A stretch of 64,000 bases of DNA from the NCBI RefSeq assembly GCF_001194135.2, contig NC_068990.1:53065140-53129139 (forward strand), in the 5' to 3' direction. The first letter of the stretch is position 1. Each line of letters opens with the position of its first letter. Below the pieces are notes generated by a model, which was not told the origin of the DNA, searched no databases, and worked only from the letters and a program-made list of their open reading frames with translations. The translations under genes and the position numbers were made by a program. Shown in pieces: positions 25,376 through 37,280 of this stretch. This DNA comes from Octopus bimaculoides. Lineage: Eukaryota.

Positions 25376-26592
25376 CATTATTGTTATTGTTATTGTGGTA
25401 AGCTAGTAGAATTGTTAGTGCATCAGGCAAGATACTTAGCAGCCCTTCTTCCAGCTCATTACATTCTGAGTTCAAATTCCACCCAGGTTGACTTTGCCTT
25501 TCATTCTTTTGGGGTTGATAAAATAAAGTACTAGTCAGCAACTGAGGTTGATGCAATCGATTTGCCCATCACCCTCCAAACTGTGTGCCTTGTACTAAAT
25601 TGAGATAATAATAATCCTTTCTACTGAAGGCACAAAGCCTGAAATTTGTGGAGAAATGACCAGTTGATTAGATCGAACCTAATGCGTAACTGGTATTTAA
25701 TTTATTGACCATGAAAGGGAAAGTTGACTTTGGTGGAATTTAAACTTAAAAAATAAGGATGGATGAAATGCTGCTAAGCATTTTGCCTGGTGTACTAATG
25801 ATTCCACCAGCTCACCACCTACTACTGCTGCTGCTGCTGCTGCTGCTACTACTACTACTAATAATAATAATGATGATCATTGTTATTTATTATTATTATT
25901 GGTAGGTGGTGAACTGGTAAAATTATTAGCATGCTTAGTGGTATTTTGTCTGTTCTTACATTCTGATTTTGAATGCTGCTGAGTTTGTCTTTGTCTTTCA
26001 TCCATTTAGGGTTGATAAAATAGGTACCTATCAAGCACTAAGGTCAATGTAATTGACTTACCCCTCCCTGAAATTACTGGCTATGTGCCTATAATACAAA
26101 GGATTATTATTACTGTTGGTAGAATTGTTAGAACATCACAAAAATGCTTTGCCATATTTGTTCTGACTCTTTACATTCTGAGTTTAAATTCTGCCCATAT
26201 CAACTTTACTTTTCATCCTTCCAGACTTGGGGAAATGACGTACTAGTCAAGTACTAAGGTTGACAGTATTAAATTGTCCCTCCCCTCAAAATTGCTAGAC
26301 TTGTACCTAAATTAGCAACCATTGTCATTGTCATTATTTAGAGCAGTGGATTAACAAAATCATTAGGACATCAACCAAAATGTGTTTCAGCATTTATTCT
26401 GGCTCATTATATTCTAAGTTAAAATCCCATTAATGTCAACAACTTTGCCTTTTACTCTTCTGTCAGGAGGGTGGGGTGGAGGGGGGAATCAATAAAATAA
26501 TATACTAGTCAAGTATGAGAAGTAGTGTAATCAGTAGCCACCCTTTTCCAAAATTTTGGGCTTTGTGCCTATATGAGAAACAATTATTATTA
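24665..26592 (+). mobile_element. Cluster of about eight SINE family A copies joined through trinucleotide tails (one inverted, about 25612-25850)
   Basis: Repeated ACATTCTGAGTTCAAATTC and CTTTGCCTTTCATCC motifs, separated by (ATT)n/(ATC)n/(GTT)n tracts. Confidence 0.85.
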
Positions 26593-28100
26593 TTTTTGTT
26601 TATGCTTTTGCTCTGGTAGATGTTATACTGACACCATACCAAAAGAGCAAGCCATATCCAATAGCCAGAAGTCCTTTGGGTCATTCTTTCTCCTTTGACT
26701 TTCTAACACCCTCCTTGGAATCCTTGCTGTTCATAACATGGCTGTTTTCTGCAACAGTCCTGTCTGGATGATAATTCCTAGCTTCTGAAGCCATGCATCA
26801 AACCTATTACCATCTACTTTCAGTGTGCCAACCACAGTCGGTACCACTTCCAAGTGTCTGATTCTCCATAGTTTCCTTATTTCTCTCTTCACCTCCTGAT
26901 ATCTATAAATTTTCTCACTTTCCTTCTCATATCTTGTGGTTGCACTGTGAAGCGATATTCATATTAATTGCTTCATTCTTTTTCTTTTCTACTACAACGT
27001 CATGTTTTGTAGCCACAATAAGAGGGTCACATTGGATGGTTATGTCCCACAAGATCTTATATTATTTGTTTTTAGTAACCCTTTCTAGTTGGTGCTCATA
27101 CCATTTCTTACATCTGCTCATGTCATACTTATAACAGAGCTTCCAGTGAACCAATTTGTCAATGTTGTCTTTCTTTCTCTTGTAGTCTTTCTGTGCAAGC
27201 CTCTTACATTCACTAATAATATGGTGTATTGTTTCACCTTTCTCACTGCACAACTTACTAAGTGAGAGAAGTCACTAACTTGTTAATATTGAACTTGATA
27301 TAGTTTGTTCTCTGTGCCTGTGCTTGGACCATGAAAATAAGGGCTTTAGTTTGAACTTTTGAGTTGCTTTTCCTAGTCCAATCCCAGATCTTATCTTTGT
27401 CATCTGTTTCAGGCATTTCCTGCAAGAATTGACCATATATTTTTTTCTTTCCATCTATTGAAGATGCCATTCTGTCTGTCTTGTTGAAATTCCCCCTTTT
27501 CATTTGCTTCATCACTGCTTAGGACTTTTATATTTCTTACTTCTGCCATCAATCTCTCATTTGAATTCTTTACATACCATACCAGATTTTTTTCCTCAGA
27601 TTTCACACACATTTCACAGTTAATGAGACCTCTTCCACCTCTCTATTATGATAGATCTACATCACTGTCCACATCACTTTTGGGGTGTAGTGGCCCTCGT
27701 AGTATTATCATTTTCCCGGTTTTTCTATCAAGTCCCTGAAGTTCATCACTTTTCCACACCAGCCCTACACTTTAGAGCTGCAATGGGTCATGTGTTGACG
27801 GCTCGTATCTTAGTTGGAAGTCACAGAGGTATCAGCAAATTTGCTGACATCTGTATGATTTGCAACTACTACATGGACATCTCAAAACCAAATAGACTCC
27901 CCTCCTTATAGTGTTTCATCTGTGTTTGGGAATCTGGATATTTTTGTATTTCAAATCTCATGTTTTCCCAACTGGATGTCCTCACTACTGTGAACTCTTG
28001 AAATTGATGTGAGAGTGATTCTCAGTTTGGTCAATTTGAACCAAATGCTGAGAGTAACTTTCATCACATCAATAATGTAGCAAAGTTTTGGGTTTCCATT
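26593..28100 (-). mobile_element. Third R4/Dong-like LINE 3' fragment, decayed
   Basis: Peptides LHPKSDVD, RGGRGLINCE, CSEKGETIHHIISECKRLAQKDYKR.KDN. The 3' UTR ends in AATAATAAT. Confidence 0.85.
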
Positions 28101-28597
28101 TATGGACTGTGTAATCCACTGACGCCCCTCCCTCCCAGTAACCCTGCACTTATGTAGAGTGGAGGATGTATTAATGGTGCTGGTAGGGTCTTTGTGGGGA
28201 TTGTATCATGTCTTTTTAGTTGTTCTGTTTCCAATATTAGTTCACTAAAGTTATTACATCTAGTTTGATAGTATATCAATTTCAACAGAAAATAAATTTT
28301 CTAAAAAATCTATTAAGTGAAAGATATTAAAATTCAATATTTTTTTCAAGCAACTGACAGCTATTTTCCAGGTCTCCTGGCTTTAGTGCAGCCTGCTGGT
28401 GTCGGTTATGGTAACAGTAGAGTGTCCTATTTACTATTAGGAGTTGTAACATTTTCTGCATCAGTCAATTCTCCATTCTATATCCATTGCTTACCTGGTT
28501 TGTTTACTCTTTAATTATCTAGATTTCTCTTCAGCTAGTGTCATCTGATGGCAATTGATTTCTTTTTTTATAAAGCCCCTCCTTATTATACACTCAT

Positions 28598-28603
<6 letters not shown>

Positions 28604-28688
<85 letters not shown>

Positions 28689-28690
28689 AC
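28604..28690 (+). repeat. (CT)n microsatellite
   Basis: Direct reading. Confidence 0.95.
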
Positions 28691-29665
28691 ACAATAATAG
28701 CTATCTAGATAGGTTATTCTTTCAAGTCTATACCATACCTAACTTTTGGTCATTTTACTTTCAACAGAAACAACACACACACACAAAGGGCTGTTGTCTT
28801 CATCTCATTGTCTGCTGTATCACCTTACTTTGTCACTTCAGTACTGAACAACTGTAATGCGATGCAGTGTAGTAGCTGCACTTCCGTACACTACTGATAG
28901 ATATTGACTGAAATGTAGTTTCCATTGAATCATTGTTTCTCTGGTACTATCAGCAGCAGCAACAGCAGGAGGAAATACTGTTTATATTATGTAATCAGAC
29001 ATGGCTGCCATTAACTATTACTGGCAGTTTCCTCTGTCTTCTTACATGTTGTGGCCAATCATGATTTGGATGGGGCACTTACAGTTAGTTCAATCTATTC
29101 CTATTTTCTTAATGATGCACAGTTTGTAATACTTTCCCGACATAGAATTTAATATTTAATCTCTCTTAAAATCAGGATAAACAGCTTGATTTCTTACCGT
29201 GTTTTGGTGAAACAAGTTTGCACTTCTGCTGTGGAAGGCTGTGATATAAACATCTGTTGTGTATCGTTGATGTGGAACTGAACCTACTATAAAAACATCC
29301 TATTGAGTCAGTGGTTCAGACTTGAAGCTTTAAAGATGGTGCCCACTGATTATTTAAAAAAATGTTACCTTTTGAGACCATTCTTGATTTATTTTACCAT
29401 CTCTTAAATCTTTGGCACACATCTGGTTATAAAGACCATGAAATGTGTTGTGTCTGATCTTTTAAAATGAATCAAACAATTTCATTTACAAATGAGATTT
29501 TTATTCAGAAAACCCTGTGGTAAGACTCGCCAAGAAGATCCTGGTTATTTTTACTCAAGAGATTGAGCAAAGAATTACTAATTTGAAGTTGCAGTCTTGC
29601 CTTTCAATTGTGGTCTAAATTCCTATGGTTATTGTTCTTGAAACATATTTTAGATTTCACTATAA

Positions 29666-29732
<67 letters not shown>

Positions 29733-30354
29733 CTTTCTAACAGTTTTTAGAAATGTCTTGGAGCTTTTCAGAAATTATTCAATAATAAACAAATTTCATT
29801 TTCAAAGCCAATCAGGTTTTAATTTTATAGTTTCACTGATTACATTCAGAACTGAATACTTTGAAAAATTGTCATCAGAAAATGTAATGAAATTGGTGGG
29901 AGCTGATTTCTTGTTTTGTTTTGTGTAGTAGTCAGATAATAAGATCTAACTGTTCTAGTTCTAACAACATCTTCGATATTCATCTAAATTTGTAGATATG
30001 AACACCCAACATGCTCTGAACAAAATATTCTCATACCATACAGATTTTTTGACATAGTTTAAAATAAGCAAACTTTCTGGTCATCCATCTTCTTAATTTT
30101 TAGCTGTTTATATTAATTAATCAGAGCTAATTTATTTCATGCTTAGGTTTTCCAACAACTTTCCTGCGAGGAGATTTTGTTGAAGTGTTTCAAGCGATTA
30201 AAATTGTTTATTTTGTTATACCTCTTTTTTTAAATATTTTGTTTTGATTTCTAGTGTTCTTTGGGTATTCAATAATTTGAAACTTTTAAAAGATAAATAT
30301 CTTAATTGACTTGTTATAATATTTAAAGGCTCTATTTTCATTAAAGAACATATT

Positions 30355-30410
<56 letters not shown>

Positions 30411-31083
30411 NNNNNNNNNNNNNNNNNNNNNNNNNNNNNNNNNNNNNNNNNNNNNNNNNNNNNNNNNNNNNNNNNNNNNNNNNNNNNNNNNNNNNNNNNN
30501 NNNNNNNNNNNNNNNNNNNNNNNNNNNNNNNNNNNNNNNNNNNNNNNNNNNNNNNNNNNNNNNNNNNNNNNNNNNNNNNNNNNNNNNNNNNNNNNNNNNN
30601 NNNNNNNNNNNNNNNNNNNNNNNNNNNNNNNNNNNNNNNNNNNNNNNNNNNNNNNNNNNNNNNNNNNNNNNNNNNNNNNNNNNNNNNNNNNNNNNNNNNN
30701 NNNNNNNNNNNNNNNATATATGCGCACACACACCTAGAGGAGACTTAGATGCAATGTGCAATGATGTATTTTTATAAGTTTATTTTCACTTCAATACATT
30801 TTCATGTAACCAATATATTGCAGTATATCAGCCTAATTTTAAACACGTTAATGTTTTTAATTGATAACCTTCTTTGTTTCAATATTACTTTCTGCTACTT
30901 TCAACTTTAAAATTTAAAATTTAAGGTTCAAATTCCTTCTTCTCTTCTGTTCACATTTTTTTTTTTTTTTACCTCCATATGTCTATCTTATTTTATGTAC
31001 TGTCACTCTTTTATTCATCCACTGTTTCTTTATTACATTGTTTCTATTTCTATAATTATTTCTTTGATCTCAAATGAATGATT

Positions 31084-31113
31084 CTAATGTTTCCTTTCTC
31101 TTTTCAGGTAAGT
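31084..31113 (+). promoter_or_regulatory. Candidate recursive splice site (3' splice site directly followed by GTAAGT)
   Basis: CTAAT branch-like motif, then GTTTCCTTTCTCTTTTCAG|GTAAGT. Confidence 0.5.
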
Positions 31114-31774
31114 TCATTTGGATATGCTTAACCCTTTATGTGATATTTACTGTAATAATCTGTAAGTAAAATGGACTTTACCCCTCCTCCTTTGCTTGTT
31201 AAAGCAACATTTGTCCCTCCAATTTGTTGTCCAACGGACATGATAAAATGGAAAAGAAAATTCTTCACATACTTTATTAAGGTTTCTTTAATACCAGTTT
31301 GCATTTGTAAAATGTACAAGATCAGTGGATTACAGTATTGGACAATTGACTATTGCTTAATATTGAGCTCCTACTGGTGGAAAAAGCTTCATATTTAATG
31401 AAGAAATTGTAGAATTTTTTTCTGTGGTTGTTAATGATACCTTGCATTGTATCTACTACTACTACTATTACATTCCTTAAGAGTCACTTTGATATTTCAC
31501 TTCAAGTTGGTTACATCACTACTTTACACATATCGTTGACTATGTACAAGAGCAGTGATGTACAATATCATGTACTTTGTAAGTTTGCAGAGTTCTTTTT
31601 TAAGTTTATGACTTTCTTCTTCAGCTTTAGAATTACGAAGGGATCCTTCTAGAAATAGAAGTATTTAGCTCTTCATTCCCAACATTCTTGATAGTTCTTG
31701 TAATTCTTTGTAGTTTTTTTAGACTTTCGTAAAGATTCTCACTAAGGTACATAGATATCTTCCAGTTGGCAGAT

Positions 31775-32050
31775 TTATTTTCTGTACATCTATGATAACA
31801 AGATCGGATATGTTAGCCACATCTACATATCTATAATAAAAATATCTGGTTTGTTAACAACATTATTTCTACATGTCCATGACGACAAGATTTGGCCTGT
31901 TAGCAACCTTATCTCTTCATATCCATGACAACAAGATTGACCTATTTGCAGCCTTATTTCTACATATCTATAACATGATTGATCTATTCGCAACCTTATT
32001 TCTAAATATCCATGACAGCAAAAAATGGCCTGTTAGCAACATTATTTCTC
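31775..32050 (+). repeat. Degenerate 42-46 bp minisatellite, about 6 units
   Basis: Repeated TATTTCTACATATCCATGACAACAAGATT..GTTAGCAACCT. Confidence 0.8.
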
Positions 32051-32965
32051 CTCTAAAAGATAAAATTTTGACCTGTTGTTGTAGGAGGAGGACATTGAAA
32101 AAAGTATTGGGGTGACATTGATAGAGATGGTAGTGCTAGCGTCACCAGTGTGTATGTGTGTGTGTGTGGATGTGTGAATAAAGTATGGAACTGAAGTTCA
32201 ATTCGAAGATTTCTTTTAAAAATCATTTCCACTTATATGGTTTTTATTGGCAACATGAAGATGAAATGTAAAAGTATCTTCTTACTAGCCATTCTACTAG
32301 CAACCATATAATAAAGAATAGGTTTTTCTGTTACAATGATTCTTTATTATTTTGGTTGTTGTTTCAATCCTGGCCTTATTGATATTGTTCTAGCAGATTA
32401 ATATCTCTCCTTGTTTTATATTTTATACTTTGGCTGCCACGTGTCTTCATAATATTTTTTATAGCTCAATGTAACTATGATTAATATAATCTAACATTCA
32501 TAATTGACAGCTCTGATGATTAAATTTCTAGTATGTTTGCTTTTATATTTAATGTTATTGTGGCTTATATGAACAATCACTGGTATTACTTTTCCTTTAA
32601 ACAATTAATCTGATACATTGATAACCTTCTTGTAATGGATGTGCTAACTAAAGCAATAAGCTTTGATATTGGCACAAGTTCTCTATTACATTTCCATTGA
32701 TTAATATCTCACTAATGACCATAACTGACGTACACTGATGAATTCATGAAATATATTGTATACACACAACATTGATCACTTTATCATCTTACTCCGATCA
32801 GTGGTGTTTGGTCTACCTGTACAGAGAGAATTAGCAGTGTGTATTGACATGGCATTTGCACTGTATAAATAATACATTACACAGATCTGTTATATAAAGT
32901 AATGGCCATCTAACTTCATTGATATTTACACTTGCCATACCTTTTGATAAATGCAAAGAAACACA

Positions 32966-33018
<53 letters not shown>

Positions 33019-33019
33019 T

Positions 33020-33059
<40 letters not shown>

Positions 33060-33209
33060 CAGAGGCTATAGAAGATCTGCCTCACTGAGTTTAAGCTGAG
33101 CCATGTAAACATGGAAAAGTGAATGTTTAAACAGTGTTTAAACATATGGTGAGTTTAGTGGAACGAAGTAAAATAATTTTGGAGGCTATTTTACTATGTA
33201 CTGTATGGA

Positions 33210-33240
<31 letters not shown>

Positions 33241-33259
33241 CAAAGCATGCCGTGAATAT

Positions 33260-34350
33260 TACTTGCAAAATCAACATATTGTTGAGAAGTGGAAGAAATG
33301 CAGGAATCATGGGAGGAAATGAGAGCCATCCAGTTATAGAATTTAAGGGTTTTCTCCAAGCATCGTAGCTGTATTCTTTTGTCTGAACAGTTGAAGGATA
33401 GTTATGGATAAATCACTTGGAGGACTTGAAGGTGTGAATTTTTGTTGCATATGGTGTATAGAGGGACTTGCTTGAGAGGTTGGCATCAGTTATTGACATC
33501 CCTGTTTCTTATAGGTCAGGGATGAAGGATATGTGCTGCCAGAGGTAGTTTACATAGAACTGGTTGAAGTGACTGAGCTCTGACTAATGATGTGCTAAAG
33601 AATTTAAGTTGCGATGTGTAGTGTAGTGTGTTGAAATATGATGGGTAATCACAATAAAGCAGTGGTTGGATGACCTACTCGTGGCAGTAATGGTACTGAT
33701 ATGGCAGAGGTTGAATCTGGAGGTGAGATAGGGTTCAAGGGTGTTCGAAGTGTCTTGGGTTAGTTTGGAATAAGTTCAGAGAATGAAATTATTTGTGGCA
33801 AAAGGTTGAGGATGGCAAAAGATTCAGTAACTGCATGAATGCCAGGAAGATTTGTGAAAAATGAAGTCATTGAAGATGATTCCTCAGAGAGAGGTGAAAG
33901 GTGATAGTTGTTTTTGGTCTATGGATCAAAGACCTAGTGGCAAATGAAAGAGGGAGACTTTGGTCCACACTTACTCAAAATCTGTGTTGCTGATGTCCAG
34001 GTGATTAGTAGGGTGAGTGGACTCTGTGTATACACAGTTTAAGTGAAGAATGTAGCTTGGATGATATAGGGGGACTATTGTTAAAGGTTGAAAGATTTGT
34101 GTTTTAATGAAGAATAAGGTGTCAGAGGCGCAAGTGGATTGGAGTTCATAGATGTTAGAAAAAATGAAAGGAGATTGTCCAGTGGGTTTAAGATTTTGGT
34201 AAATTTTAGGTTTAGGGAGGTGTAGAGTGTCTCAATGCCTCATAAGGCAAGACCTTATTGAGAACCTGGTCTGACTGCTTGTTATGTAGGAATTCTGCTA
34301 AAAGCATCAGTGGATCAGAGATGATGTTTATATTAGCTGCATTATGTGAC
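33260..34350 (-). mobile_element. Decayed non-LTR retrotransposon remnant
   Basis: Strand composition bias and weak resemblance to 23000-23890. No intact motif. Confidence 0.25.
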
Positions 34351-34724
34351 TATCATTCAAACCAAAAGAAGAGGTGCAGGTTCTAAACCATATACAAGAG
34401 TAAATTAGCTAAAATGGTAAATGGTAACCCAGAAACAAACATGAATACACAGACAACTGCTACAACAGACTTTCTTTTAGAAATAATTTCTCGTGTATGT
34501 GGTGAAAACGGCAATAATAATAAAAATTTAAAAAAAAGGCATCTGTAGGAAGCGTCCTGCAAGTAGTGTTGAAGAGAAGGGAGAAAGAAGCCAGCAGTAA
34601 TAGTGAGGGACTGCCAAGTCTATCAAGTAATCTATATAGATTCTCTAGCAGTAAAAAAAAACACACACACACACACAGCTATTCATGTATATTTGAGATT
34701 TTTAAAGATATATGTATATATATA

Positions 34725-35575
34725 TACGAGGTGGTATTAAAAAATTCCTGGACTAGTTCTCTAGTGCACCAACAGATGGCAGCACACAGTTGTGAGCACA
34801 GTGAAAGCTAGCAGTGACCTTCATGTGGCAGTGTGCCAAGTGACATCGTTTTGTGAAATTTCTGTTTTTGTGTTAACATGTATCATGTAGTCTGCAATTT
34901 TGTTAGGGACAAGAACAAAGAGCCAATGTGAAATTTTGAGTTAAACTTGGGAAGTCTTCTATAGAGACATAGAGCATGCTTTGGTAAGCTTATGGCAATA
35001 GGTTGTGCGCAGTGTTTTGAGTGACACGGGTGCCTCAAAAGTGGGAAAATGTCCCTGGAAGACTTACCATGAGTGTTGCTCCCGGAAATGTGGTAGTGTG
35101 CATCGAGGGCCAGGCTGTCAATTGAGAGTTCTGTGATGTTTTGAAGTGTTTGAGAGAGGATACTTGGCAAAAATGACCAGATCTGTGTAGTGTGAAGAAT
35201 TGAATTCTTTACGACAATAATGCACCCTATCACAGAGCACTCCTCACTTGTGAGTTTCTTGCCAAAAACAGCATGGTATTGCTTCTGCACATGCCCTATT
35301 CTCCAGATTTAGTACCTGCAGACTTCCTCAAGATGAAAATGCAGTTCAAAGTTTGTCTTTTTGATACCATTGTCAAGATACAGAGAGAATTGCAGAAGGT
35401 CCTCAACTCAAGGAAAATGATTTCCAGGCCGGATTCCAAAAGTGGCAGGAATGCTGGGATTGGTGTATTTCTGTGCAAGGTGACTATTTTGAAGGAGATG
35501 ATGTTAAAACTTAGGTAAATAAGTTACTTTTTATTAAACATAACTAGCCCAGGAACCTTTTGATGCCACCTCACA
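34725..35575 (+). mobile_element. Internally deleted mariner-like element, same family as 2698-3592
   Basis: TIR TACGAGGTGGTATTAAAAAATTCCTGGACTAG, YSPDLVPADF motif, and the same internal deletion junction. Confidence 0.85.
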
Positions 35576-35609
35576 CATGTATATATAAATAATAGACATC
35601 CATCATCAT

Positions 35610-35654
35610 ACTGTCTGATGATGGCTTAGCAGGCTGAAATTTTGCAATCACTGT
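35610..35654 (+). ncRNA. Degenerate type I hammerhead-like motif
   Basis: CTGATGA T GGCTT agc AGGCT GAAA TT ttgc AATC. Stem I pairs at 4 of 5 positions. Confidence 0.4.
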
Positions 35655-35763
35655 CAGTAGTATTGTCATATTTCTTTTACTATTGTCCACCTCAACTGTT
35701 ATTCATCACTCCGCTCCAATAATTCTCATACTCTTCATTCACTTATTCTGGTTCTTCTTTGAT

Positions 35764-35800
<37 letters not shown>

Positions 35801-36155
35801 TACTCATATGACTTTGATTGAACTAATATTAATACATCTTAGAGCAGTGGGGACTGACGACTCATAGAGTACAAGGTTACCCGACCTCTCTTGCTGAGAC
35901 CATGATAAACTATAGCAGGGTGACATTTGAGTGGAAAAAATGAAGGGTGAAGTGGATCTATTTGTCTTGTTTTGTTGAGGACATGATAGCCTCTCTAATG
36001 TTGATGTCACAGATTAAATACACTCAAAACACTCTGTAAAGGAATTGGTGGTTGGAGGGGCACCTAATTGTAAAAGCCAATCTCCTCACCAACAAAACTG
36101 TAACATGAGAAGTGGAATAAAAGGATAATGATATTGATGGTCACATACACATGTA

Positions 36156-36693
36156 TACGAGGTCTGATTAAAAAATATCAGGACTGGTGCTATAGAAAAG
36201 AAAATTACTGCACGTCAATTTGAAGTAGTCTCCTACTGAAGTCACACAGTTTATTCAGCATTGTTTCCATTGATAGAAGCATTCCTGGTACTCTGTCTTT
36301 GGGATAGTGAGCAGCTACTTTGTTATATTCTCTTGGAGTTCCTTGAAATCTCGAAATCTTCCACTGTGAAAACTGAGCTTTGGCTTTAGGGTCATAGCCA
36401 TAGATTCACAATTTGTTACCTGTTTGACCATTTTCAAAGAGTTTTCATCTTCCTCAACACCGTCAAGGAGATCCTGTGCAGTTGAAACCCAATCTTCTTT
36501 TTGAGACAATCACACTCTACACACTTTACTTTCAAGCACTGCTATAAACAATAGAAGTGAGCAAGAATATTATAACTTGGTGTGTATGTGCATGACAGAG
36601 TTCAAAGTCAATCTGTGCCCAGCAACTTCACTCTCTATACTTTAGGTTTGTTACCATAGCAACAATCCCCATACTTTTTGATCAGACCTCATA
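36156..36693. mobile_element. Mariner-type MITE or deletion derivative
   Basis: TIRs TACGAGGTCTGATTAAAAAATATC and ATACTTTTTGATCAGACCTCATA. Confidence 0.75.
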
Positions 36694-37187
36694 TGTATAT
36701 TTGTATGTATGTGTGTATACATGTGCACACATGCCAGCATGGAAAGTGGACATAAAATAACAATGATAAAGCGTGTGCGTATGGGGAGAGAGAGAGAGAG
36801 TGTGTGTGTCTACCTCTTCCTTTATCATAGATAGACAGAAAATACCATTTGCTAACTTTTGCTGAATGTCCATGTTGTGTGTGTGTGAAATGGTTATGGA
36901 GAAACACTTGTCAATGGATGTTTATCTGATTATATAAAGGACAGCTGTGTTTGTGTTTTTACTAGTTTTATGTCTGTACACATGTTTGTAAATTTAATTA
37001 TCAATTTCTATAGTGTTTTATTTTATCTTTTTTTCTTAAAGTTCGTTGATTTATATATCGATAGAGAATTTAAAAAAAAAACATTTGTTTAGAATTATTC
37101 TCTTGCCTGGGTCCTTATGAAGTAGTGCCTATTAAAGTACTGAACTGCTTGAATTAGTTGAGGAAACTGAAAACTTAGAATCAATTT

Positions 37188-37280
37188 GACGACTATATAA
37201 CAGATTTATAATGACTATATAACAAGTGTATACTGACTATATAACCAGTGTGTAAGGACTATATAAGAGGTGTATAATAG
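37188..37280 (+). repeat. About 22-bp tandem repeat (GACTATATAA core), 4 units
   Basis: Direct reading. Confidence 0.7.

Noticed and set aside
24872-25556. Poly-I/N/M ORFs in the ORF track (likewise poly-VC, HT, LS, YI and ER ORFs elsewhere)
   Set aside because: They are translations of microsatellites.
28860-28900. CACTTCCG ETS-like promoter motif (also CCGGAAGT near 39047)
   Set aside because: Isolated short motifs with no CpG-rich context or supported first exon.
30216-30777. Long ORFs containing X runs (also 8554, 53055 and 56626-57357)
   Set aside because: They are artefacts of reading through assembly gaps.
32730-32762. CTGATGA..GAAAT hammerhead-like motif
   Set aside because: No stem II and no stem I register.
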